Shown here: positions 37,349 to 52,613 of the stretch, one piece after another
Layout of the letters: each line of letters opens with the position of its first letter
Numbering within the stretch: position 1 is the stretch's first letter
From: Auanema rhodensis
Lineage: Eukaryota > Animalia > Nematoda
Direction of reading: 5' to 3'
Assembly: GCA_964057225.1 (NCBI GenBank)
Contig: OZ059899.1
Span: 13,268,001-13,332,000, forward strand
DNA: 64,000 nt
Position numbers and translations under genes: made by a program
The notes under the pieces: model-generated
Database searches by the model: none
What the model was told of the DNA's origin: nothing
Seen by the model: the letters and a program-made list of their open reading frames with translations, nothing else

Positions 37349-40300
37349 TTCTCTCTTTCTCTCTATATATTTCACTGTACCCTTTGCAGCATTGATTGAT
37401 TGTGATTCGATGTCAATGTTCTAACATCAGATGTATGTTCATTTGTAATCTACATCTGTACGTTGTTATTCTAAGAGCAAGATCTCCCCACTTCTTCTTA
37501 TCTATCTCGTTTACTACATCTAAATGCTTTATAATCTTACACGAATTTCTTGATTTTCTTATATTTTCTTTCTTGAAACGGCCTATGTCTAGTTCTCTCT
37601 AATCCTCTAACTACTGCACACCCAGCTTTAATACATGATCATGAGAATCGTTTATATGGCTCATTATAAGTATGTTGGAAGTGTTGGAAGTGTTGAAAGT
37701 TTTTGAGCTTAAAGTTAGACATTCAAATGTCTAGGTGGCTAAGCAGTACGTATGAGCAAGGGCACGCAGTAAAGCAATATCTCTCTTTTCATCTGTTTCG
37801 ATATCTTTTTCTTTTATTTTCAATACAAGAAAAAAAAAACAAATCTTTTAACATTCTTTGATTCAAGCATAACATTTGATTTGATAGGAAAATGATGTAG
37901 AGATGAGATTTTAAGAGTTGAGGGTGGGTTTGCATTGAATAACAAATAGACATACGCTCACTCATACCAACAACATATTCTAATAATTTGAAAAAAAAAA
38001 GAAGAAGAAAAAACGAGAAAGAGAGAGGGAGAGATAGAGAAATTACGATATATACATATTAACTATTCTTTTTTTCTCTTCATAATCTCAATAGAAGGTA
38101 AAATAAAATGATATGAAGTGAGAGGGAAAAGAGATAGAGTAAGAGGATGAGCATGTGTTGAGACTTCAGCCTCTCGTGTTGCTTTGGCTTAGCTTATTCG
38201 ACATGTCATCCATCAATCTGCTCACCCTCCGCTTTCCCGTTCTTTTCAGTTGCTATTCATTCTCTTTCTTGCTTCTCCCTCTCTGCTCTGCCATGTTATC
38301 TCGTATCCATTCTCTATCTGCATATCTTCCCCGCTCTGGATCATCCAGCTCTAAGTCTCCTCAGATATGGGTATCCTGTTGCGAGTTGGTGATGAAGAGA
38401 TTATTGAAAATGTCTCTCCTATCTTTCTTCTTCCGTATATCTATTAGTTCCTGTCTCTCTCTCTGGCCAAGCCATCAAATCGGCTCAACTCTCGTCTGCT
38501 ACTCTCGTATTCCATGTCGTAGATAGTGCGTAGCAGTGTGTCAACTCTATGCGTGGCTTCGTATCTCACAGCTCATGCTTCTAGCTCATTTCATTGCCGG
38601 TAGTTTGTTGTGGATGTTAGCCATGTATTGCATACATATATCTATACACAGTTTCATGACAATGCGCATTCACAACCAGGACCAGTATGAGACTTTGTAG
38701 TGGATGGCATTTCTTATATCTCCTTCCTCTAGCAGCTTCTTCTATGCAATGTGTTGTAACATTCATTGCCAGCGAAAATTCCTCAATTTCTGCCCTTTTC
38801 CTTGTGCTAAGCAAGTCAGTGTTGGATATCCATGTTGTGTGACCCCATGCAGTTTCCATTGACTCGTTTGTGAATTTTTTTCTTCTATTTCTCCATCCTC
38901 AAACAATACGATGTAAGCCATTTTCTTGTAACTTGTTCATAGTACTACATTAAGCCTTCGAAAGCGACCAAATAATGTTTAATATAAACTAACCAAGCAA
39001 CCGCTATATCATATAATCTGTTCGGAACCAACTTATACTCGTTAAGCATTGCGTCTGCTACTGCTGCCGCCAAAATTATCTCGTGGTTTCACCCATCTTC
39101 TCAGTCCTCTAGAGCTTCATTTATCTACTTATTTCACTTTAGTTTCATCAATGTTCCATGCTTTTCTCGATAAACAGTGACTTTTCTCAATTTGACCATA
39201 TAAGCAGTTCGTGGGCGCCTTGCTTTCTTCATATTTATTCATGTGCAATTTCATGACCTGAGGGCATATAACATCCTCTCAACTCCTTATAATTTATTAT
39301 TTTCAAAGACCTGCCTAGTTTCCATCTCTGGCTTCCGCATATTCTTGTTGGGCTTATTTCTCTTCTCGAGCCTCTCAAATTCACATCCATATCCAACAAA
39401 ATTTCAACTTGCAAGACGACGACACAAAAGCCGTCATGTCGTTGTCCACAACGACTGCTGTTGCTTGTGCTACCGCTCCTGCTCCTGCTGCTACTGCTTC
39501 TACGTCGTTAATGACGATTTGAGATGCATAAAAATGTAAAAATAAGATTAACTATATTAATTTGAGCTATATTATTCGAAAATTCTTTTTATTTTTCAAG
39601 CTTGTTTATCATTCTAGAAGCAGTAGATGAGTGTTGAAGCTTGTGCGGAGTGTAGGAGATTTCATATACGGTTATACTTAACCTTTCTGAATATCATAAA
39701 ACTATACTTCCTCAATATCTATAAGTTATATTATTATCTATAAACGTATAATTATAATAATAATTTTGCGATAGCGCAAGAAGTTATGCTAAATATGCTT
39801 CAACACTCGCCATTTCTGATCGTTTTTTTTTTGAAACGAAAAGACAAAGAAATAAATAAAGACGAAAGACAAAATTGCCAGTAAAGAAGTTGCCAATCGC
39901 TGTTTATAAAAAGCTTTCGACTCATTTCTCCTTCGGAGCATGATTATCGACTTGGAAAGGATCTTTTTGTTGTCTGTTTTTTCACCCCACCCCCCTCTGG
40001 GATTCTAACCTTCAACCACTCGTTCCATCTCACGCATTCCCTGTTCAGTCTCTCTCTCTCTCTCTCTCTCTCTCTTCTTGTCTCTTCTTGTCTCTATTTC
40101 TCCCTCTTTCTTACTTCCTCTCTCTCTTGCTTTCTTATATCCTCTGTTTCTCCTTCTTTTTTTCCTTTTGCAGTTCATCCGTAAATATTGTTTCTATTTT
40201 GTTTGTGTCTTGTCTGTCTGTCTGTGTGTATGTGTGTGTGTGTAAAGGAAAAGGGAGGATGAGGAGAGAATGAGAAAAAATGGAGAGAAGAGGTTCGAAG

Positions 40301-40940
40301 GCGAGGAGGAAGCTTCCAAATAAGAAATTATTTTTCTGGCTCTCTTTCTCTTTTACTCCATCTTTCATTTTTTTTCGGCAGTTTTCATTTGCAGGCTCGT
40401 TTTGCAAACATTGGATAAGCACATGTATCTTTACTATATACGTATATTTTATCTTTAAAATAAACCAAAAATACCGCTAACGTTGATGTGAAGTATGCTA
40501 ACGCCTACAAGCTGTACATGTTGAACTTCAAGCTAATAACTTTTATATATTTACTACTACATTGAGCTATGATTCTATGATTACAAGTTTCATTTAATTA
40601 TTTTCACATAGTCAAAGAAAAAGTTGTATATATATGTATATAATCAATGAGAATTTATCTTTTTAATGTTGCTACTATTTAAAGTTTTTATTCATTTTAA
40701 ACTAAAAATTAGAAGTTACGAGCATTTCTACAATTCTCATTCCGCCCCCCCCCCACCCGATTTTATTTCTGAGCCATTACAAACATTATGTGTTCTTTTA
40801 AAGTTATTTCAATTAAAACAGTTTTCAAAACATTAATATGTAATTAGAATAAATATTCGTATATTCTAATGAGCTATGAGGCTTTTACTTTTCATATCTC
40901 TTATGCAACTCTCCAATTTATGATTCTCTCTTTCTCTTGT

Positions 40941-40977
<37 letters not shown>

Positions 40978-43484
40978 CTCTCTCTCTCTCTTTCTCTCTT
41001 TCTCTCTCTCTCCCTTAAACTATTATCTCATCGTCACTCAATCGTCCTATTCTAATTTTTTTACGTAAATCTAACGTGAGTATCTCCGCTAGCCAATTGT
41101 CATTTCTATTTTCAACTACGTGATAACCGGTCGCAAATCAGAAGTTTTGAAAATCCAAATGAAATCGAGAAAAACTACATGTTATACCTGTTCGGTGCGT
41201 CTTTATTTAATTTTCCTAATTATTTAATTATTTATATTTAATTTATAAATTTATATTTATTCATATAGCATTTTTTCTCCTTTTTCATTAGCTTCTCAAA
41301 GTATATATTATGGAATTATAGTTCAAGCATTTCTTACTCATTCAGCCATTTTTTGCTCTCTTCTTTCAATAATCATTAGCATAATTAGTGTTTAATTACT
41401 CAAAGACTTCATAATGCATCTGACATACTTTTCTAACCAATTTATACTGATCATGCTATCTATATGTTATCAAGTTAATTATATTGAACCATATAGTTAT
41501 GCATATGCATATACATTAATTATAAATCACATAGTATTTACTTCTATTCAATCGATATACATATATTACGTTATATATTCTATCCGTTAAACTGTTTTAC
41601 TCTATGCTATTCCAGCTTAATACATCTATCAAACAATAGCATATACCTTATGTTATTCAAAGTCAGATTGAATATTATATGATATAAGGATATTCTTATA
41701 GTTATTGTTACTGTCTCTATCTCTATCTCTGATTTCAATCTTATGCATATTATATTTTCTTTTTGCCATTTGTTTTGTTTGTTTGTTTGTTTTTTTTGTC
41801 TCCGCTCCCTTTTCATTATTTTCATACTTAAATAGACCGCTATCACAAGTTACAATATAATATTATATGTGTATAATACTATATACTATACATATATCCC
41901 TAGATATCTATCTATCTATCACCTTCTTAGTTTCATGAAAAACTATTGTCGTCCCTGTGTGCTTTAAGCTTCCTGCATCAAGATAGCTTTTTCCATTTTT
42001 TTACCGAAGCAGACTTATCGTCAAACGATAATCTCGTTGCACATGCCTGAGGTTCAAGCGCGAAAAAGAAATCTTTTTTTCTTCACCTTCACTGTAACAA
42101 CTGATGACAGAACTGAGATGGTAGAAGCATTTGAGATGAATCACATTAATGAAGAAAAAACCGAAAGACAAGCCTATTGGAGTTGCTGAGGATGGCAAAG
42201 CTAGGACAGTGCCATCAACAACATCATTATCAAGTTTTTAAATGTGTTAAGATGTTCGATGTATACAGAGATATACACATCGTTGTCATTGGCTTGCCTA
42301 TCTCCTCTCGCCCCTGTAATACGTATGGAAAGAGAATATATAGAGAGAGAAAGTATAACAAAGAGGAGAATAAAATATAAAGTAAATGTAAGATAGATAG
42401 ATAGACAGTGAATGTGCTCATTCGTTATGAACGAAGAGAAGGTTTTGAAAAAAATTTCCTTTTTTTTCATCCTCTTGTTCTGTGCTGGTCCGTTCACGTT
42501 GTTCCTCTATCTGAACGACTTGAAGCATCATTCAGTCTGCATGTACATGGAGAGAACGATAACCGCTGAAGCCCGACTAGCAACACAAGATCCTGCTGTG
42601 AGGCTGTTGCCACACAGAATATCATGTAAGCATGTTGTCATCTCACATATCCAAAAAAAATTATCAATCTATTCCACTTGAATATCATTTTGGTTTTGGT
42701 TTGTGTTCTTGTTCTTCCTCTACATGTCGCCCTCCGTTTCTCTTCTTTATCTTTCATATACGTTTTCTTTATTTCTGCATATCCATTGCGTCATTCTTAA
42801 AGAATAATATTATTATTCTGTGGAATAAGGAAGAAAAAGCTTTGTTTCCTTTTTATTTTGTTTTTGATATCTCAGAATGCATGTTAAGCATTTGATTGTT
42901 TCATTGCTTCTACCCAATGATATTACTTATATATTTCTATAAGAATTTCTCATCATAGTTCTTTTTTTGAACCAATCAATTTCTTCCTCCTTAACTTGTA
43001 TTGTAACACATCTTGCTACAAGTTAGATGAGTTGATGCAATATCTTCATCTCTTAAGCATAAACTTGTATTTCGTTTTTCTCATATCACAAGCTTATTTT
43101 TGCAAATGGTAAAATAAGGACAATCATGAATATATGTATGTATGCTTGCTCTCTTGTCACTCTTTCTTTCACAGCTTGAAAGTTTTCGGCCCATACCCCC
43201 AATCTCATCTTTCCATTTGCCCCTACTCCCATCATCTTTAGCCAGTTTTCATCACAGTTGATTGCCGGGCAATGCTTGCAATCAGTAGTAGTCGCTTCCA
43301 TAAGGAATAGAGCAATAGGAAAGAGTATTAGACTGTTAGATAAGTTGATAGAGAGGAATAATGAATAGTATTAGGAAGATACATAGACATGCAGACAGAC
43401 ATATGGTTTGACGATAGAATTATTTGATTCCCAGTTGAATGAGTATGTCATATACTTCGTCTGCGTTGTCTTCTTCTTTTGCAT

Positions 43485-43541
43485 CATCGTTGTCGTTGTC
43501 ATCATCATCATCATCATCATCTTCTTCTTCTTCTTCTTCTT
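43485..43541 (+). repeat. Compound trinucleotide repeat (GTT/GTC)-(ATC)n-(TTC)n
   Basis: Read directly from the sequence. Confidence 0.9.
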
Positions 43542-46500
43542 ATATTGCTGTCTACGTTGATCGTTGTGATTTTCATCGTTCATCGTCATCGTGTCCGTTG
43601 TCATTTCCACAATGTTCACGATCCCGATGATCCTTGCATGCGAAAGATATATCACTGACATCAGACGACTGAACGACCCAGCTGAAATTCCGTAACGATG
43701 AGCGCTTTTGCCTATTTGGAAGCGGGAAAATCAATATAGTATATGATATTCGTCTTTTCATATAGCATCATAATCTATCATCATCTTTTTTTTCTTATTT
43801 TATACTGTTCATTCCTATATTATACTATTTCATTTTATTTTATTATATACATATATATATATATATATATATTGATAGATATACTATATACTATACATAT
43901 ATATATATATGTATAATTATGATGATGATTAACAATACTTTCATCATATAACTAACATCCAATAAATATAAATATTGATTATATACTATATTGAATATAT
44001 TATTATATCACAGCTTAACATCTTACCCTTGTACTTGCTCTTCGTTATTCCTACCCATCTCTCTCTTCTATCTCTCATTTCAGACAAATATTAAGACATA
44101 CATGTATGAATACCTAATACATTCATTCGTGAACATGTCCAGAATCTCTTTTTATCGCTTCGAACACCATTAATCAAATATTATTAAAACTAAACTATAT
44201 TTGGTTTTTCTTAATTATTCATATAATATAAGAGATCAATATATTTCTTCCTTTAAATCGCGCTCTCTCTCTCTCTCTCTCACTTGTATTATCACTAAAT
44301 AACTCATACTTTTCTCTTGAAGTCATTTTCTTCCACCCACTGTTACCCTTCCCCTCCTCATCCCCTCCCACATCTATCTCTCTGAAAGTAACATCATCAT
44401 CATCAATAGCTTTGTCCTTTGATACTTAAAACCTTCTGACCATGTCATCTGATTATTTCTTGATGTTCATCATCTATGTAAGATGTATACAAGCACACAT
44501 GTATCTGTGCATGCATTTCTATCTGAGTATTGTTGCCATTGAAAAGCAACATGTAATACAGGCAAAATTATTGTTGAAGCTTCATCTCTATTTCGTTATA
44601 CTGACCTTGCAATCAACATCAATTTGCCAATAAATTATATATCTATCTATCTATCTATCTAACTATGTATATATAATATATAATGTTTTATACTAATTAT
44701 ATATCAATGTTAAAGTATATTGATGATGGACTGTATGAAACAAAGAACTTTTTTTTGTTCCTTTTCTCTACCTATTTTTAGTTTTTGCCCTTCTTTTTCT
44801 TTCTGTTTTATTGTCTTTTCTTCTATGTTCAACCGGCCATTTGTTTCTTTTACACTCGCCTATCGCTTTATGGTCATTTTAGCAATCTTTCAATTCATCT
44901 CAATCGAAACGATTTTAAAAAATCTTCGGCAAAAATGAAAAATTTAATTAAAGACAACATCGTTCAAGATTATCATTATGAAACAGAATCCCGTTTCTTG
45001 TATCTAGATTTCTGAGATTTTTTCTATTTTTCGTTCTCTCATTGCTTCATACTTCATCTTATTATCCTCGTCTGTCTAAAAATTACCATTTTATGTATTT
45101 CAACCTTTTAAACGCTTGTCGCACTCTCTCTTTTTTCTCTCTCTCTCTCTGTCTCTCCCTCTTTCTCTCTCTCTCTCATATCATCTTCTGTTCATCCTCT
45201 GTTCCCTGTATCTAACTATGTGCTCCATCCTTTCCCAGATTCACACACACACACACACACATATTCACATATCATTTATATTTTTTGGAAATTCGTTTTA
45301 AAAACCATTCTGAGCATTATCATCTATCCACGTTTTCTTTATTTTTTTCAAATTTTATTTATTTTCGTCTTCTCACTGTTCATTCCAATCTCTTCTTTCA
45401 CACACAAATAGTTAATCCTTTCGTCAACCCTCCCTCTCTCAAAGTATTTTTTCATCACGTTCTATTGCTATGTTGTCTTCTTTGACCTGTTAATTACTTT
45501 TCTGTTTTTTCGGACTAAAAATTTCTTCAAAAAAAAAAGAAAAGAAAACAGTTTCAAAAAGTAATTTTTCTTGTCTATGTTCTGCCTCTAGCTATGCTGA
45601 ACAGTCTCAATGATAAGAAATGAAAAAGCATCGTTGATTAGGTGACAGTGTTGACGAGATATAGAGACAGCTAGAGAGAAATAGAGAAAGAGAGAGAGAA
45701 AGAGATAGAGAGAGAGATACTCTCGCTTCCTTTCATTCTATATGTCTATCTCCCTCATCTTAGTTCTTTTCTTATATCATTCTCTATCTCATCACTTAGG
45801 TTTTTCTTATCACTTTTCTAACAGTATTATTGATTATAAGTACTTTCTATATATGTGAGAAGCCAGTAAAAGAGAAAACAAGGTGTCACCTTAATTGACA
45901 TCATCGTCATCATCACATTGCTCTCATTGCACTAGACACAACACTACTATGTGTTAGCATCAGTTTTTTCGGTGTCCACTGACCCATGAAGATAAACAAA
46001 TCGAACTAAATTGTTGTTTTATTCTTTCAATTTAAAAATAAATTATATATTTAATTGATATATAATATATAAGTATATTTATACTTTCTTTAATGCATAT
46101 ACATATTATACTATATATACCTATATATATTTATTTATTTATTCAAAAACTTCCAACTTAAATTTTTATTTATTTGGAATGTTTTTTATCATAATTTCAA
46201 TCAGCTTTTCATTTTCTTCTATATTTTGTCTTATATACATAATGAACGTACTTGTAATATTGATAAGCTTAACACCAGTATGAGAGTATTCTGTGACAAA
46301 CCATCGAGAATGACATTCTCACACTTGTTTCATACTTTGAGCTTCGTATTATAATTAAAATTATATAGTTTACTATTATTAGTTAATATTTCTTATTAAA
46401 AATAGATATTTTTAACATTTTTGCTTATTTTATAGCTCTTTTGCCAACCTCCTCTCTCTCTTTTTATTCTTTACTCTCTCTTACTCTTCTCTCTCTCTTT

Positions 46501-47550
46501 CTCTCTCTCTTTCTTTTATCTCTTTCTCTTGCTATATTCTCAATCTTTGTACGCCACTTGCCTATCGTTTATCAGCATTATTATGATGTTCAGATTAAAA
46601 TATTTTGTTATTTCTTATTCATTTGATCAGTATATTCTTTCTTTTGATACGTTTTCTAGCTTGTTCCAATCAAAAATTAATATTTTCTCTATGTTTTTAA
46701 TTTTTTTTCAAAAAGAGAAAATAAATATGAGAATGAGATAGAGAGTGGTATACAATGAGAGAACATCTGATGTTCATAGTCAGTCAATCAGTTTCTCCGT
46801 GATTTCTACGCATCATCGAAGCCACAGATAGAATAAACGATAGAATTCGAACGAAATAAGAGAAAAAAAAAGAAGTAGTGACTGCGAGAGATAGAAAGAA
46901 GAAGGAGAAAGTGTCTCTATGTGTAACATTCATATTAGGATGTCTAATGGGCTGGTCACATGGCAAGTATGCGTCTTCCTTACTTTCACCATAAGCCTAA
47001 CAACGGATGTCTTGGGATCTGTCTCTGATGACATACGCATTGCTGGTGCGGGTGTCAAGCCTACATTCACCAAGCATACTTGGCTTTCTCTCATGCAGCA
47101 AATATCAGTTTTGTATTCTTCACCTCTGGCCACCGACTTCAGAGGAGAAGAGAAACATATCTTGACCTAACTTTAAACTATCCTTCTAAACTTTTTTTTG
47201 CGGCTTCTCATCTTTTGATCTTACAACCAGCTAGCATGATGGCTCATTCTTCTTCTCCACATATCGTATTCATTTTCTGATGAAATTATTCATTATCCTT
47301 CTTGTTTTCTGCTTTATCTTGAATCATTTGATTCTGATTGTTGATGATACATCTTGTATTCATCGCTTGTCTTCCACAATCACAACGACAACGTTATGAA
47401 CGAACGGTATAGCATCACCGTCTTCAAGCTGTGCGTGCCGTTGTTGCTGCCTTATTTCATTTTTTTGTGAATTGATTGTTTTCGAAAGTGAGAACAATAG
47501 ACAAGTGCGGAATAGCATCATGACAATATTTTCTGATTCACCCACATATT

Positions 47551-47616
<66 letters not shown>

Positions 47617-50600
47617 CTCTTTTTATTAATATATTTTTATCTATTATATATTATCATACATATATTTATATATTCAAAATATTAAGCTTAACTGCAATGA
47701 GTTTTTTTTTCCGAGATCTCTTGATGCGCCCCTACTGTCTTATTTTATTTGACCGATTATTTCTGATCAGTTCATGAGCCTTCAATATCTATGCTACATC
47801 AACCACTCAATAACTCATAAAATAGCAGTTCATTCACTTCGATCCGCTATCAACCCACTGGTCAGGCCAGCTAACAGATCAGTCGTGCCCATCTTTTTTC
47901 CGTTTCATTTTCACGTGTATGTGTGTTCGTTTATCTTCCATCTATATCGCTGTCGTATCTAATGAAAAGCTCAATCAATTATACCTTTGAAGGCAATTCT
48001 CAAGTGAGATAAACCATTGGATTTACATGTCTCCAGACGAATATCACATCTTCTAAGCACAGTAATGGACATCATACTTCTTGTAAAAAAATTTTTTTTT
48101 TTTTTGTTTTTTTCATAATCAATGATCATCAGCACTACTTTCTTCATTATGACTGTGTATTCGCATAAGCTCACATGCATATTCTCAGTTCTTTTACTAT
48201 GTATTCATAAATATATTCTATGCGTATAATAGAAAAACTTTATTAATGTAATTTGTCTAATCGGGCTTTAGCATCATGCTAGTTCTCCAATTATTCAGAG
48301 TATTTTCATTCATTTCTTTACTAACAACTAATGTTTGTTAGCCTATCATATCCTTTTATTATTATCTTTAAGCTTTACCCATGTTCAACACATGGTGGAC
48401 TTGCTTGGCCCCCCCCTTTCTCTCTCTCTCTCTATCTCTATCTCCCTCTCTATCTTCCTCCCTCTCATTCACACATTCACACAATGTCTCTCTATCTTTC
48501 TTTTTCTTTTCTCCTAATTGCTAAAGTGATGCTACTATCACCAACTTCCCACGCCATCTTTAGTTATTTTCTAACCCATTTCTCCCATCGTACCCATGTT
48601 TTGCTGATGTTGATTCTTTTCTCTCCTATTCTTTATTCTCTCTCTCATATTCTTACCTCTTTGATCGCTACCAGCCTCGTTTCGAACATTGCCCCCTTCC
48701 TTTCTCACCTCTACAATCAGGCATGATCGACCATCATTGTGTTCGTCTTTTTGCCATCTAATCGATGCTCGCTACAACTAGCTGCCCACTTCCATACTCT
48801 AACTTCTCCGGCCAATACTTTTACTTCTTCCACCCTTTCTTCCACTGTTTCTCATTCTAGCTGCATCTTTTCTTATTTTGATCTCTTTTTCACTCTTTTT
48901 CTGTCTTCCCCTCTCTTTCTCGCTCACTCGCTCTCTCTTTCTTTTTCTCTTTTTTTTACAAATGAAAAAGTAGAAAGAGTGAATCAGCTATTTCATATTA
49001 CCTCTTGATCTTCTTTTCTTCTTTCTATTTTGAAAGTTTTTTCGGTTGTTTTTTGAACCTTTTTTTGCTCTTTGTGCTCTCCATGTACGAAACAACGTCT
49101 GCAAGTGCAAAAACAGTTATACAACAACTTTGTTATATTCAATTCAACAATTCAACTAATCTATTTAAATTGACCAAACCCGAATTTGTCAATTTCACCG
49201 GTGTTTCAGATGAAACAGGCGGAGGAAAATGCCCCTTTTATGCAAATGCAGTCTTCCTTCCTCTCTCTCTCCCTCTTCTCTCCCCTCTTTCTCTATTCTT
49301 ATCTCAATTTTTCTCTACTTATCCTTTAGTTCGACTCATCTTTTGGCTTTCAACCCTGCCTAACGGGAAAATGTTAAATAGAAGTTTAATTCTTGAATAG
49401 CTTCTCTTCTTCGATTTTGCCGATTGGTTTCCTTTTGGACGCGCATGCTTTTCCTTCGCTGGGCCTGGAAAGGCGTTTTCTCCATTTTCTCTCATTTTCT
49501 CTTTATATATCTCGTCTTCACTTTTTTGATCGTCTTCTTCAAATTCATCTTCATATACTGAAGACATCGGAATAGCGGACGAAGCTTGCCAACGTGCGCC
49601 ACATCATCCTCCTGTCATCTCCCGTTTTTGGTCCTATTCTGATCATATTGTTTCTATTTTTAGTAACGATCGCCTACCAATTTCTTGTTTTTGTTCCGCT
49701 TCCTTTCTTTCATTTTTCTTTTTCCTCATAACCTCCTGAGACACACATACACACGCATACATACATGCATAAAGATACGTTATCTTTCCTATTTTTGTAC
49801 ACATACTTGCTCTCTCTCTCACTCTCCCTCTCTCTTTCCATCTCTCTGCCTGTCTGTTTCTCTCTTCATTTCAGTCTTTCTATACTCTCTATTATTTTAC
49901 TTTTTCGTTTAGCTTACTTATATTTTCACTGTATTTTGCTTTCGTTCTCTGTAGGCCAGCAGTCTCTGTATTTTATTCACAGGTTTCCAATAAGAAGACA
50001 TATGCATGCAAACAGTCATCATCATCGTCATCTTCATCACCAATCTTGATGTTCTTTTTTCGATTCTGCCAAAACTATTTTTAGGACTGCGATATTCGTA
50101 TTTTCTTTTTAAACTTTTACATCTTCCGTTTTCACTGTTTTATATTGATGAATTTTCAACCAAAAAAAAAGGAAATTTTCTACAGGATAGACGGAAAAGC
50201 ACATCTTTCCAATTTTGTGCTTTTGCCTTCCGGTGCTCGGAATTCAATAATTCTAGCATTCTTCTGTTTCTTTCCATTCTCTATTTCATTTTCTCTCTCT
50301 TTATATATATATATATATATCCCTCGTTCTCTCTCACTTTACCTCTTTTGTATTTTATTCGCTGAATCCTCTTCCATTTCCCTCTGTATTCCTGTTCCCC
50401 TTATTACATTTTTTTCAAAATTTAATTTTCTATACATATATCACACTTTCCTATATATTTCCTTATCTATACTTATAATAAATAAATAAATCTATTATAT
50501 ATTATAACTATATAGTATATTATTTTTATTTTACATACTATAATTTTCTCTGTAAATGGGTGATAAGCATCGCTCTGTAAGAGTTGCCCTCTTTATGCCA

Positions 50601-50725
50601 TTACAAAGTTTTCGCATCTTTTCAATTTCTCCTCACTACCCATGTTTTTTCATTCGTAATGCGGTTGTTCTATCATCAATATTTTTTAATTTTTCTACAT
50701 CATGATTGTCTATCGAACATGATAG

Positions 50726-50727
<2 letters not shown>

Positions 50728-50814
<87 letters not shown>
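50728..50814 (+). repeat. Longest perfect (CT)n microsatellite in the window
   Basis: Uninterrupted dinucleotide run of about 87 nt. Confidence 0.97.
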
Positions 50815-50816
<2 letters not shown>

Positions 50817-51401
50817 TCCTTCCGTTCCCTCTATCTTTCTCCTGTTTTCTCAGTCGTCTTTCTTTCTCTTTCATGTATCCGTCTAACTTCATTGTACAAG
50901 TTGATAAGGTACGGATTATTCCGTAGGCTAATATTATGTTTTAGCAGCATACTAGCCTGGCTTTTACTTTTTACTTGTAATTCTTTCTTTGTTTCTCTCT
51001 CTCTTTCTTTCTCTTTTTCTCTCTTTCTCACTCTCTTCCTCTCTTTCTTGTCTTTCCCTCCCGCTATCTTTCTTGCGTTTCATCTCATTCTTATGACTTT
51101 TCTGGTTTTGATTATAATTTTGTTTTAATTTCTTAATTTATTTCTTTATAGCATCAAATATTTAGCTTCTCAGAGCTTTTCTATCTTTGTCACTGATCAA
51201 ACCTTAAATGTAACAATTGTTTGAACCTTGGTTTAGATCATTGATCGTCATCTAATATTTCGACTCCAGCCGCAATCGTGATGACAATGCTGCAAGACAG
51301 CAAATGATGCTTTTCTCCTCTATTCCCTCTCACTTTCTCTCTTTCTCTTTCCCTTTATCATGTATTCTCCTTTTTTATCGTTCTATCCATTCATCCTCAT
51401 T

Positions 51402-51607
51402 CGGCCAGTAGTAGTCTAGTAACACGTGGCGAAAGGCTTCTCTCTGAATATGCTGCATACGGGCAGATCCAAAACGACCATTGAGCATTTGAGAGCAGCA
51501 TACACACAGCGCACGTAACAAGACTAGCTGGTGGTCGCCGCGGGTAATGCCTTAAGGACACAAGAGGCATGTACATATATGCGGCATCCAACTTGGATCC
51601 ACGCATA
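51402..51607 (+). other. GC-rich three-hairpin island in a kin-1 intron (candidate structured RNA or cis-element)
   Basis: Stems: CGGCCA/TGGTCG 51402/51537, TAGTCT/AGACTA, ACGTG/CACGT, TATGCTGC/GCAGCATA; ATGCCTT/GAGGCAT 51547-51570; TATGCG..ATCCA/TGGAT..CGCATA 51578-51607. Confidence 0.35.
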
Positions 51608-52582
51608 CACGCATACTCAGGCTACATGCAGTTAGTCAGCAGCAAGAGGCAGGATGACGACGAGAGCAAGGGGAGTTGGTGGCAGTGAAGAGAAGCAAAG
51701 GGGAGGGTGAGTAGAGAGAGGGTGAAAGAGGATCGAATTTCAAAACTCCATTATTGACTGCTCTCAGGGCACCAAGAGCCAGTAGGAAATAGAAGCAAAC
51801 CTTTCCCATTCGTCGCCTGCATCATTTCTACGTTTGGCTCCAATCACGTTCTTTCCAGATATTCCAGCTATTTTTTGCCTTTTCGTCCACATGCTCTCTC
51901 CAACACCTATATAGTTTGACGGATATAGTTAGAAGACATGTGATGCTAGCGTGTCAAGCGCGCACACTGCTTCACAGCTAATTCGTTTCATGTCTGACTC
52001 CTAATCACCTTGATGCTCCAAAAGCTGTATCTTGTCTGCATTGACCAACCGATTATCGGCTTTTGTCTTCTCTCATCCTTCATTCACATGCTCTCCTTCC
52101 GCATTAAGCTTGTATCTTAATCGATGACAAGCCGCCTTCTTTGCTGAGAACAGTGAAGAATACCACGCTGTTCTTCAATGATATCAGCACATAATATTCT
52201 TAAACCATGCAACATATATTCATAAATACTGCTGTATATTTCATTTGCTCACTTGATCTGCGGTCAATGTTTGGCCAGGTTTGGCACATGCACCCGGTCA
52301 AGTGTGTCATTTCTGATTACGTACGTCTGATTAACAGTCAGACTATAGACTCTGATACTCCTTATACTGTTATCACTATAATTACTATTTCATTTCTAAT
52401 TTTAAGAAATTTTTCAATCTGCATATGCTGTATATGATTGTCTATTTCAATGTATTTAAACTTTAATGAATAGCTTCTTCATTCACTGTACTTCCCCATG
52501 CGTTCTTGTTATCATTAACAATTAAGCTTATTTTTTATTTGACTTACTCTTATTCTCTTTTTCTAACTTCTCTATCTCTCTA

Positions 52583-52613
<31 letters not shown>

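Noticed and set aside
36499-43703. Other ATG-initiated segments as kin-1 first exons (MAETVDRLFKF about 36499, MSLSTTTAVA about 39436, MYMERTITAE 42541, MILACERY about 43627)
   Set aside because: Their nearest donors are phase 0 or 2, or weak, and are incompatible with the phase-1 common exon.
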